Source of the DNA: Lama guanicoe
Lineage: Eukaryota
DNA: 64,000 nt
Assembly: GCA_013239625.1 (NCBI GenBank)
Contig: MU056277.1
Location: 2,396,076 to 2,460,075 of the forward strand
Direction of reading: 5' to 3'
The translations under genes were made by a program, and so were the position numbers. Positions 13,215 through 26,861 of the stretch are shown in pieces. Position 1 is the stretch's first letter; each line of letters opens with the position of its first letter. The notes under the pieces are model-generated. The model saw only the letters and a program-made list of their open reading frames with translations, was not told the DNA's origin and searched no databases.

Positions 13215-14880
13215 GTAAGGGCGCCTGTCTCGGGGCCGCACGTCTGTGGAGCAGCGTGTTCCCTGTTACGTGTTGTGTTGTGTATGTGTGTGTGTGTGCG
13301 TGTGCGTGCACGTGCCTCTCTGGCCGTGGGGCCCAACGGCCCGGGCTCGGCAGCCCTCAGAACTCAGACAGCTGCGCCCACTGTGCATGCACGTCTGTGG
13401 CCTGGTTTATTTTGGTTTGTAAGTTGAACGCTATTTGCAAAGATTCAGGAAGCGTGGAAAAGTGTGGGGGAGTAACCGCAGGTCACGTGCCTTCCCTCCG
13501 TCTTGCACCCGGCCCGTGTGAGCCGCGTGTGTCTGCGCCACTTGGGGCGTCTGTCACGGCCCCTGCCCGGGGCCCAGAGCTCGCAGCTCCTCCCTAAAGA
13601 CGAGGTGGGCCTGCCAGCAGGTGCGTCTGAGGCAGCGGCTCCTCAGACATGGAGTCGCTCCATCAGGCAGATGCCGCCGTTCTGTCTTTTAAAAATCTCT
13701 CACATGTCAAAGACAGTTTTTAAAACATTTGCTCTTGTTAAGATGCAGGTCTCTGCTTTTAGAGGAAAGTAAAACTCAAAGCGGAGAAGCCTGCTTCTGC
13801 TTACAGCAGATAATGTAAATGTTGTCGGTGTCGGTTGGTAGAAGTGTCGCTATTCAGGCAGTCGAACTGCAGGAAGAGTATCTGTCCCGACCAACTGGGT
13901 TACTAAGAGAGCCACTCAGTGTTCACGTGTAGCAGCGAAATTCATTGTTCTTTGGAGCTGGAAGAAGTCTGTTCTTTAAAATGCATGGCCTGAAAGGGGT
14001 TCAGAAGTGCACTTTCCGTCCAGGCTGCGTTGAAGACCACGCTGGAGGTGATGGTGAGCTGCAGCCGGGGGACGTGAGGCAGAGGCCTCTGCTGACAGCC
14101 TTTGTGTGTGGCCCTGCCCGCAGACCCCCTCGGGGTCCCGCAGGGAGTCCCCCTCCCTTGCGGTGAGGCCGTCCAGGCCCTTCCAGGGTGGCGGGCCAGT
14201 GCCCGGGGGCTTGCTGTCACGCTGACCGTGTTTTATTTATTTCTGTAAAACGAAGCTCTTCTTGTTCCGTACCTGCTGCATCCCCAGGCCCGAGGCGGTG
14301 CCGCCAGCAGGCGCTCTCCGCGGGCCCTGTTGTGGAAGGAGCGTTTCCGTCCCTGCCTGGACTTTCCCCCTGCTCAGTGTTAGCTCGTCTGAGGTGCAGA
14401 GAGCCGGCAGCGTGCTCAAAGGTGTTCTTCCTGGAAGTGGAAACGTGGCTCTGCTTCTCAAGGAGAAGCGGATTGTTGAATTTCTAAACTAGTTTTGCAA
14501 ACATACAGAGGAGTGTTGGAACACAGGTTAATTCTAGTTTGAAATTCTGTAATTGTCACAGAATTGTAGACTTTTAAGTGCGGTTACCTCCAGGTCCTGT
14601 GGTCCCACCAGAATATTCCGTAGGCGGGCAGACAGCCCACAGGGGTGGGGGCAGACGGGTGACAGCCTGGGCCGCGACCCCTGGGTGCGGGGCTGGGGGA
14701 GGCAGTGTCCCTGCAGCCCCCTTTGGGTTGGAGGGTTCGGCTCGTTGAGTGTTTGCAGCTGAGCCGTGGATCTGACCTGAGAAGAGCGGGCACAGGACGG
14801 GTGTCTCATGAGAAGCGCCCAGAACTCCCCTGGAGCCTTCACTCAGGAGAGACGTGGCCTCTGGTTTCCTTGCATTGCAG

Positions 14881-14987
14881 GTGTGGTGTCCCTTGTAGCT
14901 GTCCACCCCTCCACAGTCAGCACGCTTGGGAAGCAGCTGTTGCCAAAAACGTTCGGACAGTCCAACGTCAACATCGCTCAGCAAGTG
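14881..14987 (+). CDS. TFDP1: TFDP1 exon 4: [36 protein letters not shown]
   Basis: ttgcag| ... GTG|GTAAGG; 107 nt; phase consistent. Confidence 0.97.
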
Positions 14988-17655
14988 GTAAGGCCTCCTG
15001 TGCGGCCCATGGTGCTGGGCCGCCCCTTCCTTGGGCTCAGGAGCTTGTGGCTAGGGTGCCGATGGTTTCCGAGTGCTGCGTGTCCTTCCCTGGCCCGGGC
15101 CTTCCTGTCCTTACGGCAGGACCGGCCAGGGCAGCTTGCCTGCCAGCTGCACGTGCCCCGCCAGCCTCTGTGGTCCTGGACCTGCCCTGGTGGGCGTTTC
15201 CCAGGTGGCCCGTGTGCTCAGGTAGAGTGGCCTGAGGTGGGGGGCGGGGGGTGGACCGCTCCTCAGCCTTGACCCTCCTCAGGGTGGCCTTCCTTGCCTG
15301 CCCGGGATACGGGCTGGTGTCCGTGGGGCCCTCGTGGTGGGGTCAGGGGTCTGCAGGCCGTTAGGCACTGCAGGACAGGGTGTCCCTGCTCATCCTGGCT
15401 GACGGACCCCTGTGCCGGGCACCCTCTCCCCCGAGCACCCACACCAGCCCGTCAGCTGCTGCCTGTGGGTTTGGCAACGCTTACCCTGGCTCGGGGCCCC
15501 GCGCGGCCGGGAGGAGGGCATTCTCTGCCCCGGCTGCCTTCCCGGCCCGTGTCCAGATGACCCCCCCAGGCCCGGGTGTGGTGGCGTCCGGCTGAAACGC
15601 CGTGGTTTTCAAATCGATAGTTTGTAGAGATCCTGGACCTGACTCGGCCTCACGCATGCTCAGTAAACCTTGGTGGAAGGTGAAGGTTCCGTTTTGTGTT
15701 TTGCTTTGCGACCCGTAGCGTCTCGTCTCACAGGTGCTGTGTGTTGTCGCAGTCACACCTGAGAATAGCTCAGTCGTTACAAGGCTCGGCCTTTGCTGCC
15801 GGTTTGAATAACGGGGGGGGAGTAACATGAGATTTTCCGGTTGGTGCGCCTTCCGACCGTCAGCTTTACGAGTCTGAAGGCTTCGTCCCTTGTTTGGACC
15901 CCCGCCCCGTCCTGGAGCAGAGGTAGGGCCGGGAGTCCATCCTCCGCAAGGTACCCGTTGAGTGAGCTGAAGCTCACGCATCCCAGGTGCCGCTTCGTCT
16001 TTGCGCTCAGGAGGTTGGAAATGAAAGGGCTGGCTGGTCTCACGGATGGCTGAGGCCTCTGCGTCCTGAGCGAGACCGTCAGCTGGCCGTCTGCTCTCCT
16101 CGTCCCCCGGCTGGCGGGCCAGGCTTGGGGTCCCGGTCAAGACTGAGGGGGGCCCACAGGCGGGATTTCCCTGAAAAATGGTGACAACGGGAAAAAGCCC
16201 GCAGTGTCCACCGTGAGGCTGTGGGTAGCGGCCAGTGGGCAGGCGGCGCCCACCTCTCACACCTGCCCTGTCATCGGGGAAGGCCACTTGGAGTGAGTTG
16301 CTGCTGAGTGCCTGCCGTGTGCCGGCTCTCTGTCCCCACCGCAGAGCACTTGGACCGAGAGGGGTGCCACACAGTGGGAGGATGGTGGCGAGGCCCTGGT
16401 GTCCAGTGGGGCACTGACCCTGAGTTGGGTCCCCACCTGGGGGAGCAGCAGCACGTGAGGTCAGCCAGCCTCGCCTCTGCCAGCCAGGCAGGCGGGTCCT
16501 GGGTGCCCTCTGAGGGTGTGACGGCTCTGCGGTCCCCAGTCTGCTGACCGTGGCTCTGGCCGACTCACCTCCCTGTGACCTGGGGCCCTGTCTCTCACAC
16601 ACTCCTCGTGAGGCCCGCACCTCTGCAGGTGGGCCTCACCCCTCCTGTTGCATTTTTTAGAACTCTCGTTGTTTGATTCCGTTTTTTGAGTGAGAGTAAC
16701 CTGCACTTTGAGGAAGGCTGCGGCGAGGCCAAGCCGCTGGGAACGTGAATTAAAAGAATGAAATTCAGCTGAGCTGTTTTTTTCTATGGTTTGTGGATCA
16801 TTAACATTGACAGGTGACCTGGGCTTAGGGATAATATACAAAGTGCCAGGTCAGCTGTCCCAGGGCCATGGCAGGCAACACTTATCCCGCTAAGACGCGG
16901 ACTCTCCGGAGTGTCCAGCTTAAAATAGCCCGGACACAGCCTCCCTCTGCGGCTGCCTGGCCCTGGAGAGCCGGTGTTGGCACGGTTGGCGACGTCACCA
17001 TGTTGTGAGGCCCTCCTGTGGGGCCGCCGAGACGCAGTGCTTCTGGGTGGCTCCTGGTCTGCAGCGGCACCTCTGAGAAGCCGGACACGGCTGTTGTCAT
17101 GTCCCTGTGTTCACGCTGCAACAGTTGTTGACGGGGCCAGAGTTCTGAGTGCTTGTTTGTGTCCCGGGGGCAGCAGGACCCTGCCTTTGCCCCCAGTGCG
17201 GTGGCCTCCCTCCCCGTTGCCCTGTGCCGTTTGGGGTGCCCGGGCCTCCACACTTGGGTGGGCTGGTGGGCACCGCAGCCAGTCTCACTGGCCCCGTGTT
17301 CCTGTTTCTATTTTTCGGGTTGGTTGTACCACCGCTGGAGCAGGGTTCATTCCTGTCCATGTCAGTAAAAGGAAAGGAAGTTAAAGAGTCAAAAGCTGCA
17401 GGCCCACTGTTGACGGCTCCCACGGGCTGGGTCTCCTGCCATGTCTGTGTGGCTGGAGGAGGTGCCTGAGGTCAGCCAGGGAGGTGGAGGTGCTCAGAGC
17501 AGGAGGGAGGTCGTGGACCACGGTCCAGTGTCCGCCGGCACATGGGATCGCTGCTTCCCTGTCTCTGGGGTTAATGGAACTCAGCAGCGGCCGTAGGTAG
17601 TGAGAAGTTGTACATGGGGCTCTCTGACTGATCTGAATCATCTCTTTGACTGTAG

Positions 17656-17777
17656 GTGATCGGCACGCCCCAGAGACCTGCGGCACCCAACACGATCGTG
17701 GTCGGAAGCCCCCACACTCCTAACACTCACTTTGTGTCACAGAACCAGCCTTCAGACCCCTCACCTTGGTCTGCCGG
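17656..17777 (+). CDS. TFDP1: TFDP1 exon 5: [40 protein letters not shown]
   Basis: tgtag| ... CCGG|GTGAGC; 122 nt; absent from the ORF track but in phase. Confidence 0.96.
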
Positions 17778-18649
17778 GTGAGCATGCACCGAGGTTTACC
17801 CCAGCCTCTGTGCCTGCGCGGGCCAACCACCCTGCCGAGGACTGGGAAATGCCGCGCACTCCCAGAGCGAGTGTGTGTGCGTGTCTGTGTGCGTGTGTGT
17901 GTGCGCATGTGTGTGGTCCCGGCGAGGCTGGGCTGTGGAAGAGCCCCGTGTTCCGGGGTGGGGTGTGGCTACACTGAAGAAGAGGAGGAAGCTGGCTGTG
18001 TAACGCAGTGGTGACTCTCACACTTGGTGTCCAGACCAGAAAGTGGCGTTTAGCAAAGCGCAGTAAACGTGGTGGCCCCGCGGCAGCTTCCCCTGCTGCG
18101 CCTGCACACGGCCAGGGGGACGGCCCCCCACACGTCCTCGGACCCTTTCTTCCACTGATTGGTTGTACTTGAGGGTCAGCTGTACGGCTTTCCTTAAAAA
18201 CAGACAAAAGCTAAGCGTTTGTGTTGGTTCTAAAGCGAAAATCATCGGTGCCCGGAGTCCATCAGCTAAACCGGGGGGGCCTGTGCTCCGTGTGGCCACT
18301 TGGGAGGTTCAGAGGAAGCCCGGATGCGGGGCCTGCCTCCCCGTCGGCAGCGCTCTGGGGCTGTCCTGCCCCCGCCCTGCCTCTCCTCGGCCGCCCGCGT
18401 GCGCGCCGAGCCCTGACTCCGGCGGGGCTCCCGTAACTGTTGGTGCTGGTGGCGTCTTCTTGAGCAGGGCGCCAGGTCTCAGCAGGGGTGTCCTGGGTCC
18501 CGCCCCCGGGGACGTCTGCTCTCCCTTGCCGGGAGTCGGACGTGAGGTCTGGCCGTGTCCCAGCCCTGCGTGCGCCGCCCCGGGCGGGCGCCGGCCCTGC
18601 TGGCACTGCTGCGCTGAGGCCGTGGCTGTCCCATCTCGTGTCTCTGCAG

Positions 18650-18815
18650 GAAGCGGAGCAGGAAAGGGGAGAAGAACGGCAAGGGGCTGCGGCACTTCTC
18701 CATGAAGGTCTGCGAGAAGGTGCAGCGCAAGGGCACCACGTCCTACAACGAGGTGGCAGACGAGCTGGTGGCCGAGTTCAGCGCCGCCGACAACCACATC
18801 CTACCCAGCGAGTCG
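18650..18815 (+). CDS. TFDP1: TFDP1 exon 6: NLS and start of winged-helix DNA-binding domain ([43 protein letters not shown]...)
   Basis: tctgcag| ... TCG|GTGAGT; 166 nt. Confidence 0.97.
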
Positions 18816-19051
18816 GTGAGTGTGCGGAGGCAGGCCGCCCGCCGGTGAAGGAAGCGGTCGGGCCGCGCGGAGGTTCTGAGGGATGTTTTCCGCCCTGTTT
18901 GTGGGGTGACGCCCGCAGCCCCAGTGCTTTTGTGCGCAGCCCTGCCCGCCTGGCTGCCAGCGAGGTGGGTGCCCCCCCCCGTGGGATGTGTGCCCCGAGG
19001 GCATTCGGGGCCTGACGTCCGACATCGGGAAACCCCTCTACATCCCCGCAG

Positions 19052-19195
19052 GCTTACGACCAGAAGAACATAAGACGGCGCGTCTATGATGCCTTAAACG
19101 TGCTCATGGCCATGAACATCATCTCCAAGGAGAAAAAGGAGATAAAGTGGATCGGGCTGCCCACCAACTCGGCGCAGGAGTGTCAGAACCTGGAG
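19052..19195 (+). CDS. TFDP1: TFDP1 exon 7: DEF box ([48 protein letters not shown])
   Basis: RRxYD E2F/DP DNA-recognition motif; cccgcag| ... GAG|GTACCC; 144 nt. Confidence 0.98.
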
Positions 19196-19630
19196 GTACC
19201 CCTGCCCTCGGCTCCGTGTGTGTGTGCAGCAGCCGCTCCCCTCCACACCACCAGCACCTGCTGGGTCTCGTGCTGTCGTGTCTGGACCCGGCGGGAGGGT
19301 GTAGGGTGCTCTGTGTCCTGGGCCCCTGAGGGGCCTGCTTTCCCCCGGTGGGCCCAGCACTGCAGGCACGGTGGGTGGGGTGGTGGGCTCCAGGGTGGGT
19401 GAGTCTCGAATCCAAGCTTGCGGGCGTCTCGTTAAAAATCACAACACGTCCAGGAAACGGGGAGACAGAAGGAGGCTGTGTGGTGCTGAAGATTAAGAAA
19501 GCCCCGTGCTGGCAGCAGCCTCCATGTCCCTGCGTTAGGACCTGCCTGGGGACGGTGTCGCCTGGGGCTTTCACGTGTGCGTGTGGAACAGGTTGCGATG
19601 ATGCCTCGTGTTGGTGGTTTGTCTTTGAAG

Positions 19631-19699
19631 GTAGAGAGACAGAGAAGACTGGAGAGAATAAAACAGAAACAGTCCCAACTCCAGGAACTTATCCTGCAG
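19631..19699 (+). CDS. TFDP1: TFDP1 exon 8: VERQRRLERIKQKQSQLQELILQ (coiled coil)
   Basis: tttgaag| ... CAG|GTAAGG; 69 nt. Confidence 0.96.
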
Positions 19700-21513
19700 G
19701 TAAGGACACGCTCGTCCTGCAAGCAAGGTGGTCTGTTGCTCCTGCTGCTTTAGTTCCTCCTCAGCTGCAGTGTCTGCACATCTCTGTGTTTCAGCAAATA
19801 AAGTCTCTACTCTGAGATTCTGAATACAGGTTCCATGAACGTTCACTGAGCTCGTCCCATGCGGACGTCGTGGACACAACGAGCCCTCAGGGACGTGGGC
19901 CTTGATCTGAGAGGGTGCATGCGTGTGTGTGCGTGTGAGCCTGTGTGTGCGTGTGAGCGTGTGTGTGTGTGCATGTGTGCACACGTGTGCCCACGTGCTT
20001 TTACATGGGTGCATAGGTGTGTGGGCCCGCACATGTATATTCATGCACGTGCGTGTGTGCCTGTGTGTGCATATGTTCGCGCATGTCTGTGCGTGTGTGC
20101 ACCTGCCTGTTGCTCGTCAGGAGGTGTCTGGGTGGCAGGTGGGCTGGCCCCCGAGGGACAGTGTGGAAGGACTCTCCGGGACACGTGTGTCCTGTGTTCT
20201 GAGCGCCGGGCCCCAGACTGTGTGAGATGAGGTGGGTCCGCGTGTGTGGTCAGAGGACAGGCGGCAACACAACCCTGCCCCGCAGACACGTGTGGTCGGT
20301 GAGCCTGCGGAGACGTCACCGAGCACAGCCGCACCCCTGTGGAGTCCGGGAGGCCCGTGCTCTGGGTCGGAAGCAAGCGTGTGTGAGGGGTTGCTGGAGG
20401 GTGGCTCATCCCTGGACTGAGAGTGTGGTGCTGGGCTGCCCGTAGGCCGTGGGTCAGGGAAGAGAAGGGTTCACAAGATGCTTATTGGCCCTGCTTAGGT
20501 TGGAGGGCGTCAGGGAGTCTCAGGACCCTGTGGGCGGACTGTCCAAGAGCCAGAGGGCTGGGGGTGTTGAAAGCTGTGACAGCAGGTGGGACCCTTGGGC
20601 AGAAGTGCAGAGGGTCTGAGGAAGGCCACTCTGCGGAGGGTGGGGATCTCCACCCCAGGAAAGGCCGGCAGGGTCAGTGTGGGGTTTGGGGCATCTGCCA
20701 GCCTGGCGTCCAGGACCCAGCGGAGGAGGGTGTGCATCTTGCCCCGGCAGGTCTGTTCAGCACGGGGGCCCTTGAAAGAGGGGCCTGGGCCCTCCTTGGG
20801 GACCGTCCCAGGGGGTGCTTTGGCGGGTAGGGAAGGGGCCGCAGGGCCAAGGGGGCAGGTGGACAGACGGAGGAGCAGGTGGGCGCAGGTCCACCAGGGA
20901 GGGGAGGGCATGCCGGGCAGCGGCCCCTCCTGGCTCCCAGGTTCTCCCACTGAGTCCCCAGGGATGGGCTGTGCTGCTTGAAAAGCATCCTAGTCACTGG
21001 CTCCCTCCTCCGGAGCTGTCGCTGGGGAGAAGCCGGTGGGGGCACTTCCTGGCTTTAACTCAGGGGCAGGAGAGTTACCCTGAGGGTGAACTCAGTTCTA
21101 GCTGAGGCCCCAGGAGAAACAGCCTTTACTGCCAGGCTGCCTGGCACATCGGCGCTCCTGGGGGCCCCGTAACTTGAGGGTGGGACGGCGGGGGCTCTCA
21201 GATCTACCCAGAGCGGCAGGAGGAGCGGAGCCTCAAGTCAGCGCTTTTCCTTTAGCCGCCCCCACCCCCCGGCTGCGAGACGTGTGCCCAGGTGGCCTGA
21301 GTGCCCGCGTCCCCAGCTTCCTCCAGACGTGTGGTGTGTGGACGTTTTCTTTGCTGGGTGACTCCTTGGGGCTGCCGCCCCGGCCACTCTGATCTCTAAG
21401 AGGGGGACCAGAACCCCTTGGCGTCGGGTGGGCTCTGGAGGGTGTCAACGCTCAGGGAGGGTAGCTGTTCGGTGACAGCCTGTGTGAGCCGTGTCGGTCA
21501 TGCGTCTTTTCAG

Positions 21514-21665
21514 CAAATTGCCTTCAAGAACCTGGTGCAGAGGAACCGGCAGGCGGAGCAGCAGGCCAGCCGGCCGCCCCCGCCCAACTCGGTCATCCAC
21601 CTGCCGTTCATCATCGTCAACACCGGCAAGAAGACCGTCATCGACTGCAGCATTTCCAACGACAA
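21514..21665 (+). CDS. TFDP1: TFDP1 exon 9: [13 protein letters not shown]...[23 protein letters not shown]
   Basis: ttttcag| ... ACAA|GTAGGT; 152 nt; DP domain. Confidence 0.97.
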
Positions 21666-22054
21666 GTAGGTCTGGGGCCGCCCTCGGCTGATGGAAGGCG
21701 CTGTCTGGTCCTTTCGGTGTCTGACTTACAGTCGTCCCGTCTGGGCTCCTCGCAGGATCAGTGTGCCCTCTGCGTCTCACTTCCCTTGTGACGCGTCCCC
21801 TTGAGGAGGACGGCGAATCCAACCCATGGGCTCTGGTCAGGGCAGCTGTTCAGTCCGTCCTGGGGGCCGTGGACTCCCCGGCCGGGCCCTGCCCAGCGCG
21901 GAGGTGCGGCCGGAGCCCCTCGTGCAGCGGCCCCGGCGTTGATGTGCTGTGTGACTGAGGAGGGTTTGGGGCAAGTGGGGTGTCCGCTCGGGGCCCCTGA
22001 GCTGTGTGTGCATCTCAGAGATGGTGCTTTTCTGACCATGACCTTCTCCTCCAG

Positions 22055-22221
22055 GTTTGAGTATCTGTTTAATTTTGACAACACGTTTGAAATCCACGAC
22101 GACATCGAGGTGCTGAAGCGCATGGGGATGGCCTGTGGCCTGGAGTCGGGGAGCTGCTCTGCCGAGGGCCTGAAGGTGGCCAGGAGCCTGGTGCCCAAGG
22201 CACTGGAGCCCTACGTGACAG
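22055..22221 (+). CDS. TFDP1: TFDP1 exon 10: [32 protein letters not shown]...ALEPYVT
   Basis: ctccag| ... ACAG|GTCAGC; 167 nt. Confidence 0.97.
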
Positions 22222-23087
22222 GTCAGCCCCCACCTGGACGGAGCCCCCACCTCCGCGGCAGGCAGCTCCAGCCCAGCACTGAGGGCAGAGACAAACATGG
22301 CGGGGGCCGCGTCGGTGGGGTTCTGTCTGGCGGGGCTGTCGTCCCCGGACACGTGGGCGTGAAGTCTGCCCGGCACCCTGTGCTTTGCCGTGTGGTTTGC
22401 ACAGGGAAGCTGGTGTCGGGGTTGCCTTCCAGTGGGGCCCCGAGTTGGGAGAAAGCGATCTGGAGGGGCGCAGTAGGCGGGGGCCTGTCCCCTGACGGAG
22501 TTGCTTGGTCTGTGCAGCCAAGTGACCAAGAAAGTCCGGAGGGTCAGTGCCCGTCCTGACAACAGGCGGGCGTTTGCGGGGCAGCTGTTGCTCTGGGTCT
22601 CAGGCACCTGTGGATCCTTGGCTGAGCTGTTGGGGTCCTGGCCACGGAGGGATGGACTTCATGGTGAGAAGAAGCTGCCTCCCTGCCTCTCCGTGGGGTG
22701 GACTTACCCCCACTGCCTCGGGTGGGCCTGAAGGGCTCCCACGCAGTCCAGGAGGAACGGGCGTCTGGCCGCAGAGCGTCCCAAGTGGATCCTGCCCGCC
22801 CCCTGCTCCCACCGCAGCTGCGCCCTCTTCTCGGCGGTGCGGCGGCCTCCAGGCCAGGGCAAACGTAGGTCTTTCTTCCCTCGGTTCCCATGTCTGCTTT
22901 GTGACGACAGCGCCTATCCCGGCTCGGCTGAGGTCACCAGGGACTGGTGACTGGGGACGTGAACGAGGATGCTGAGCCGCCCAGGGAGACCCGGCCATGG
23001 CCCTGCCTGGGCAGCTCCAAGGGATGGCCGCAGCTGTCGTCTCAGCACGTGTGCCTGCTTCGTGACTTTGCTGTACTCTTTTTCCAG

Positions 23088-23166
23088 AAATGGCTCAGGG
23101 GTCACTTGGCGGCGTCTTCCTCACATCTGCGGTCTCGGCTTCTAACGGCACAAGGCTCTCTGCTAG
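23088..23166 (+). CDS. TFDP1: TFDP1 exon 11: EMAQGSLGGVFLTSAVSASNGTRLSA
   Basis: tttttccag| ... CTAG|GTGAGT; 79 nt. Confidence 0.95.
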
Positions 23167-25813
23167 GTGAGTAGCTGTGGTCCCGGCAGGGTCATCCGGC
23201 AGCGGGGACCAGCCCTCCGCAGCTGCGCAGACCGGGCTCACTGCCCGCCCAATGCGCTCACGCTGCCCCGAGTCACAGCCCAGCCCGTCCCCTGTGCAGA
23301 GGCCCCTTTTGTGTGACCAGTTTCTTCCCCAAAGGTGAGCAGTAACACGGGCTTTATTTTTGAGAAAGTAGCGCCTGCAAGGTGGGGGCAGTCACGTGAC
23401 CCGCGGCAGCCCGAGTGACGGTATTCCTTGGTCACAAGTTTCCTTTTTCTCTTAACACATTTGAGGTCACAACTACGTATAATTTTGTTCCCTCCTTTCT
23501 TCACTTGACCGTTTATTGTATTTTTCTGTGCTGAAGGGGCTCTGACGTCTGAATCCGTGTATTTGACCTTTGACCCAGCAGTCCCGGGCAGAATCACGTT
23601 GTGCCTGGGGGTTTGTCTTAGTTTTTAAAGGTAAATGTGAGACGGTGTCAGCAGTAGGTGTTGATGAAACTGGGTTTCTTCGCTTTTGTGTGGTGTTCTA
23701 CGCTGTGTATGTTACTTTGTCTTCATCTGAGTGTTAATTGTAAGTGTTTAGTTTCGTAAACAGAGCACAGTGGGCAGTGAGTCTAGCCACCGGGGCCGAG
23801 TCGTGGTGTGGACACACCTTCCACGGAGGCCCTGGTGTTGTGTGGCCTCTGTGGCGCTGCCAGGGCCCCAGCGCGGCCCCAAGGGGTCTTGCCGGCAGGC
23901 GGGGCGCTTTCGGGGTCGGCCCCCTCGGCGGGGCCGAAGGAGTGCGGAGTCCTCCGGGTGCCTGCTCTGGCTGGGCCTCGGCAGAGGTCAGCTCGGCCGT
24001 CAGTTCCCGGCCTGCCCCTGCGGGTGTGGTCAGCCTGTGGAGCCCGGACGTGCTTGCTCCAAGAGGTGGGGTTTGGGTGTTTTCTAAACTTTCACTTTAA
24101 GGAACTCCTCCTATTGGTTCGTTTTCCAGAAGCTTGTGTCGGTTTTTGTAGCGAAACAAGCAAAGCCAGTACTGTTTCTGAAGAAAAGCCCCCGTGTGTG
24201 GTGGTGGACGTGAGAGTTCACAGAGGCGGGTGACGCACGTTTGCTGACCCGGCCTCCGTGTCGGGAGTTGGGTGGCTCCCAGTTGCAGGAGGAGCTGCGT
24301 GGTCAGCCTCTCGGCTCAGGTCTCAGCCTTTCCGACGTCGTTGCTGGGCTGGGTCTCCCGGAGCGGGGATTCCTTTGTCGAAGAGCACGGCGTTCGGTAG
24401 GTTTCGTCGTGCAGCGTTTGAGACACCAGTCGAGTGTGAAGGTGCTTGCGTGATTTTCTGTTTCAGCATTAGGGTCCGAGGCTGCCCTGGCTGGGGGTGC
24501 TGGCGGTGCCAACGGCCGTCAGGGCCTCCGGGGGCACTAAAGCAGCAGCGTGTCCCCGAACCGCGTCACACGCCCAGGCCCCGTCTCAGGTCCCCGACGG
24601 CTGGTTTCCAGTGCGGCTCTGACCCTTTCACGTCCTGTCACCTCTGAATGGGTTTGCTCTTCCAGAGTCACCTCCCTTTGTGGAAACAGTCGAAGGCCTT
24701 CAGGTCGGCCTGCTGGGCGAGCCCTCCCTCTGGGGCAGACGATGCGGCTCTGAGTCATGGTGGGAGGCCTTCCCGGAGTCTGGAGGCTGGACGAGCTCTG
24801 GGATTTTAATTCTCGGTCGGCGTCCTTTCCATACTTGGTGTTTCTTAGAAAACCTCTCTCTGCTGTTCACCTCGGGTGCTGAGATGCTGAAATGACTTGT
24901 GACTTTAGCCCGCCTCGTGGTGGGCGTGGGCCTCAGACCACCGCTGGGCCCGCTGACCCCACGTCGGGGGCGCTGTACTGGGATCTTTCACCAGGACCCT
25001 GGCTCTCAAACCCCCTCCATTCCAGGCCGGGACCCCCACCTTCCGGGCTGGATGGCGCTTTGTGGTGAGCACTGCCCCGCTCCTCGTGGGGTTTGGGTTG
25101 CACCCACGGCCTCAGATGCCAGTACCCCTCCAGTTGTGACAACCAAAGATGGGGTGAGGCTCCTGGGGGCATCTGCAGGCGCGGGCGGGTCCCAGACACT
25201 CGTCCGAGGACCAGCGTGTGGGGGGCCAGGCAGCCCTGGCTCCCACTGCCCAGGGCCCCCCGCTGACCATCAGCAGGCGCTGATCCACAAACTGTCAGCA
25301 CCGTGGGGTCCCGGAGCCGGGCCGGGGTGTGGGCTGCAGAGCGTCTGCGTGAGACTCGCTGGTCTCAGCTCACTGTCGCGTGGCACAGACGCCGGAGGGG
25401 CCGGGGCATTGTTAGCACACGCGCCTGTCCATGCACGAGTGCACATGTGCACGTACAGCTCACTGGGCCCTCCCTGGCACCACTGTTGGGGGTCTCGTGT
25501 GGAGGGTCCCGGGTCATCCTTTTCGGGCTGGGCCTTTTCTTCCCCTGCCCCCACCTCTTCCCAGGGGTCCGGAGGGTCCGGAGGTTTTCCGACTTGTGCA
25601 CCTGCAATCTTGTTTCTGACGAAACTTGAACGGGAGCAGACTGAGTGCTGGGGTCCTGCTGGGTCCCCTTGCTTCGGACGCGAGAGGGTGATGGGGCCGC
25701 GGGTGCTGGACTCCGTGCTGCGTGAGGTTCCCGCTCCCGACTATGTCCTTGACACCCCGCCGCCCGCCGTCCCTGGTGCGGCCGCTGACCTCGTGCGCCT
25801 CCCGTCCCTGCAG

Positions 25814-25961
25814 TGACCTAGCCAACGGCGCAGACGGGATGCTGGCCACCAGCTCCAGTGGGTCGCAGTACAGCGGGTCCAGGGTGGAGACGCCCGTGTC
25901 CTGCGTCGGGGAGGACGATGAGGAGGACGACGCCTTCATCGAGAACGAGGAAGAGGACTGA
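25814..25961 (+). CDS. TFDP1: TFDP1 last exon: [48 protein letters not shown]; total CDS 1233 nt / 410 aa, transcription factor Dp-1
   Basis: cctgcag|; acidic C-terminus and TGA; exon lengths sum to 411 codons. Confidence 0.97.
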
Positions 25962-26861
25962 GCCATGCGGCACTGGGAGGGGAGCTGCGGAGCGGCCGGC
26001 TGGCTCTTGGCCTCCTCAGCGAGCGCAGGACTCGACGTGCGCCTCCAAGCGGCGCGGGCTTGTCCTCGGGGTCTGGACGGCTGGCCTGGTGCAGCCAGCT
26101 GACGTGCAGCCTCCACTGCTTTCGGATTTTCTGTTTTCGTTTGCTGTTTCTTTAAATTCAAAGCTTTTGTTGCCCCTTGAGGACCCTTGCTGGGTTTGCT
26201 GAGGAAGCTGGGTTCCACCCATCGTTGGTGAGGACAGACGGAGGCCTCCGCCCAGTGCCCAGTGCCGCCTGGTGAGGCCCCGATCGCCACCCGCCCGGCT
26301 CTGCTCCCCTGCCTTTTCTTACGACCTTATTTCCCTTAAATTATATTGACTGTGTGACTCCATCGGGTTTGTACTTTGTTTTTGCTCTGCGTTGCAGCAA
26401 ACACATTGCAAAGTTCCTTTTTTGTTTTTGTTTGTTTGGTTTGGTAGAAGTTTACTGCCGTGCTGGTGCAGCTGTGGAAACTCTGGAAAGCTTGGAATGG
26501 TTTATTGCTTATGGTAAATTCGCCTGATTTCTTACAGGCAGCGTTTGGAGACTTTTTATTACATAGTTGTTTACATACTTATAAGTCTATCATTTAAAGA
26601 CATGTACTGAAACAAATGTTGTATTTGTTTCGCAAGCATCTTCCTGTGATCTATTATAAAATTGAAATTAAATATAGAGGATGTTTTAACAGTTTTTTAA
26701 CTCAGAACTTGTCAATCATTTTTAATAGTTGTTTTTTTATAAAAAGAAACAGGAATTTCAGGACAGGCAGTAGTCTCTCTTAAAACTTACTCACAAAGAA
26801 CCGTTAACTGCACCATTGCTGTTAGCTGCCTGTTCTAAACAAGCCTTTTTATTGGAACACA

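Noticed and set aside
15481-16620. 379-aa minus-strand ORF (also 6673..7632 and 24899..25816)
   Set aside because: Inside TFDP1 introns, low-complexity Pro/Gly/Arg/Ala composition, no domain or splice support; expected at this GC content.
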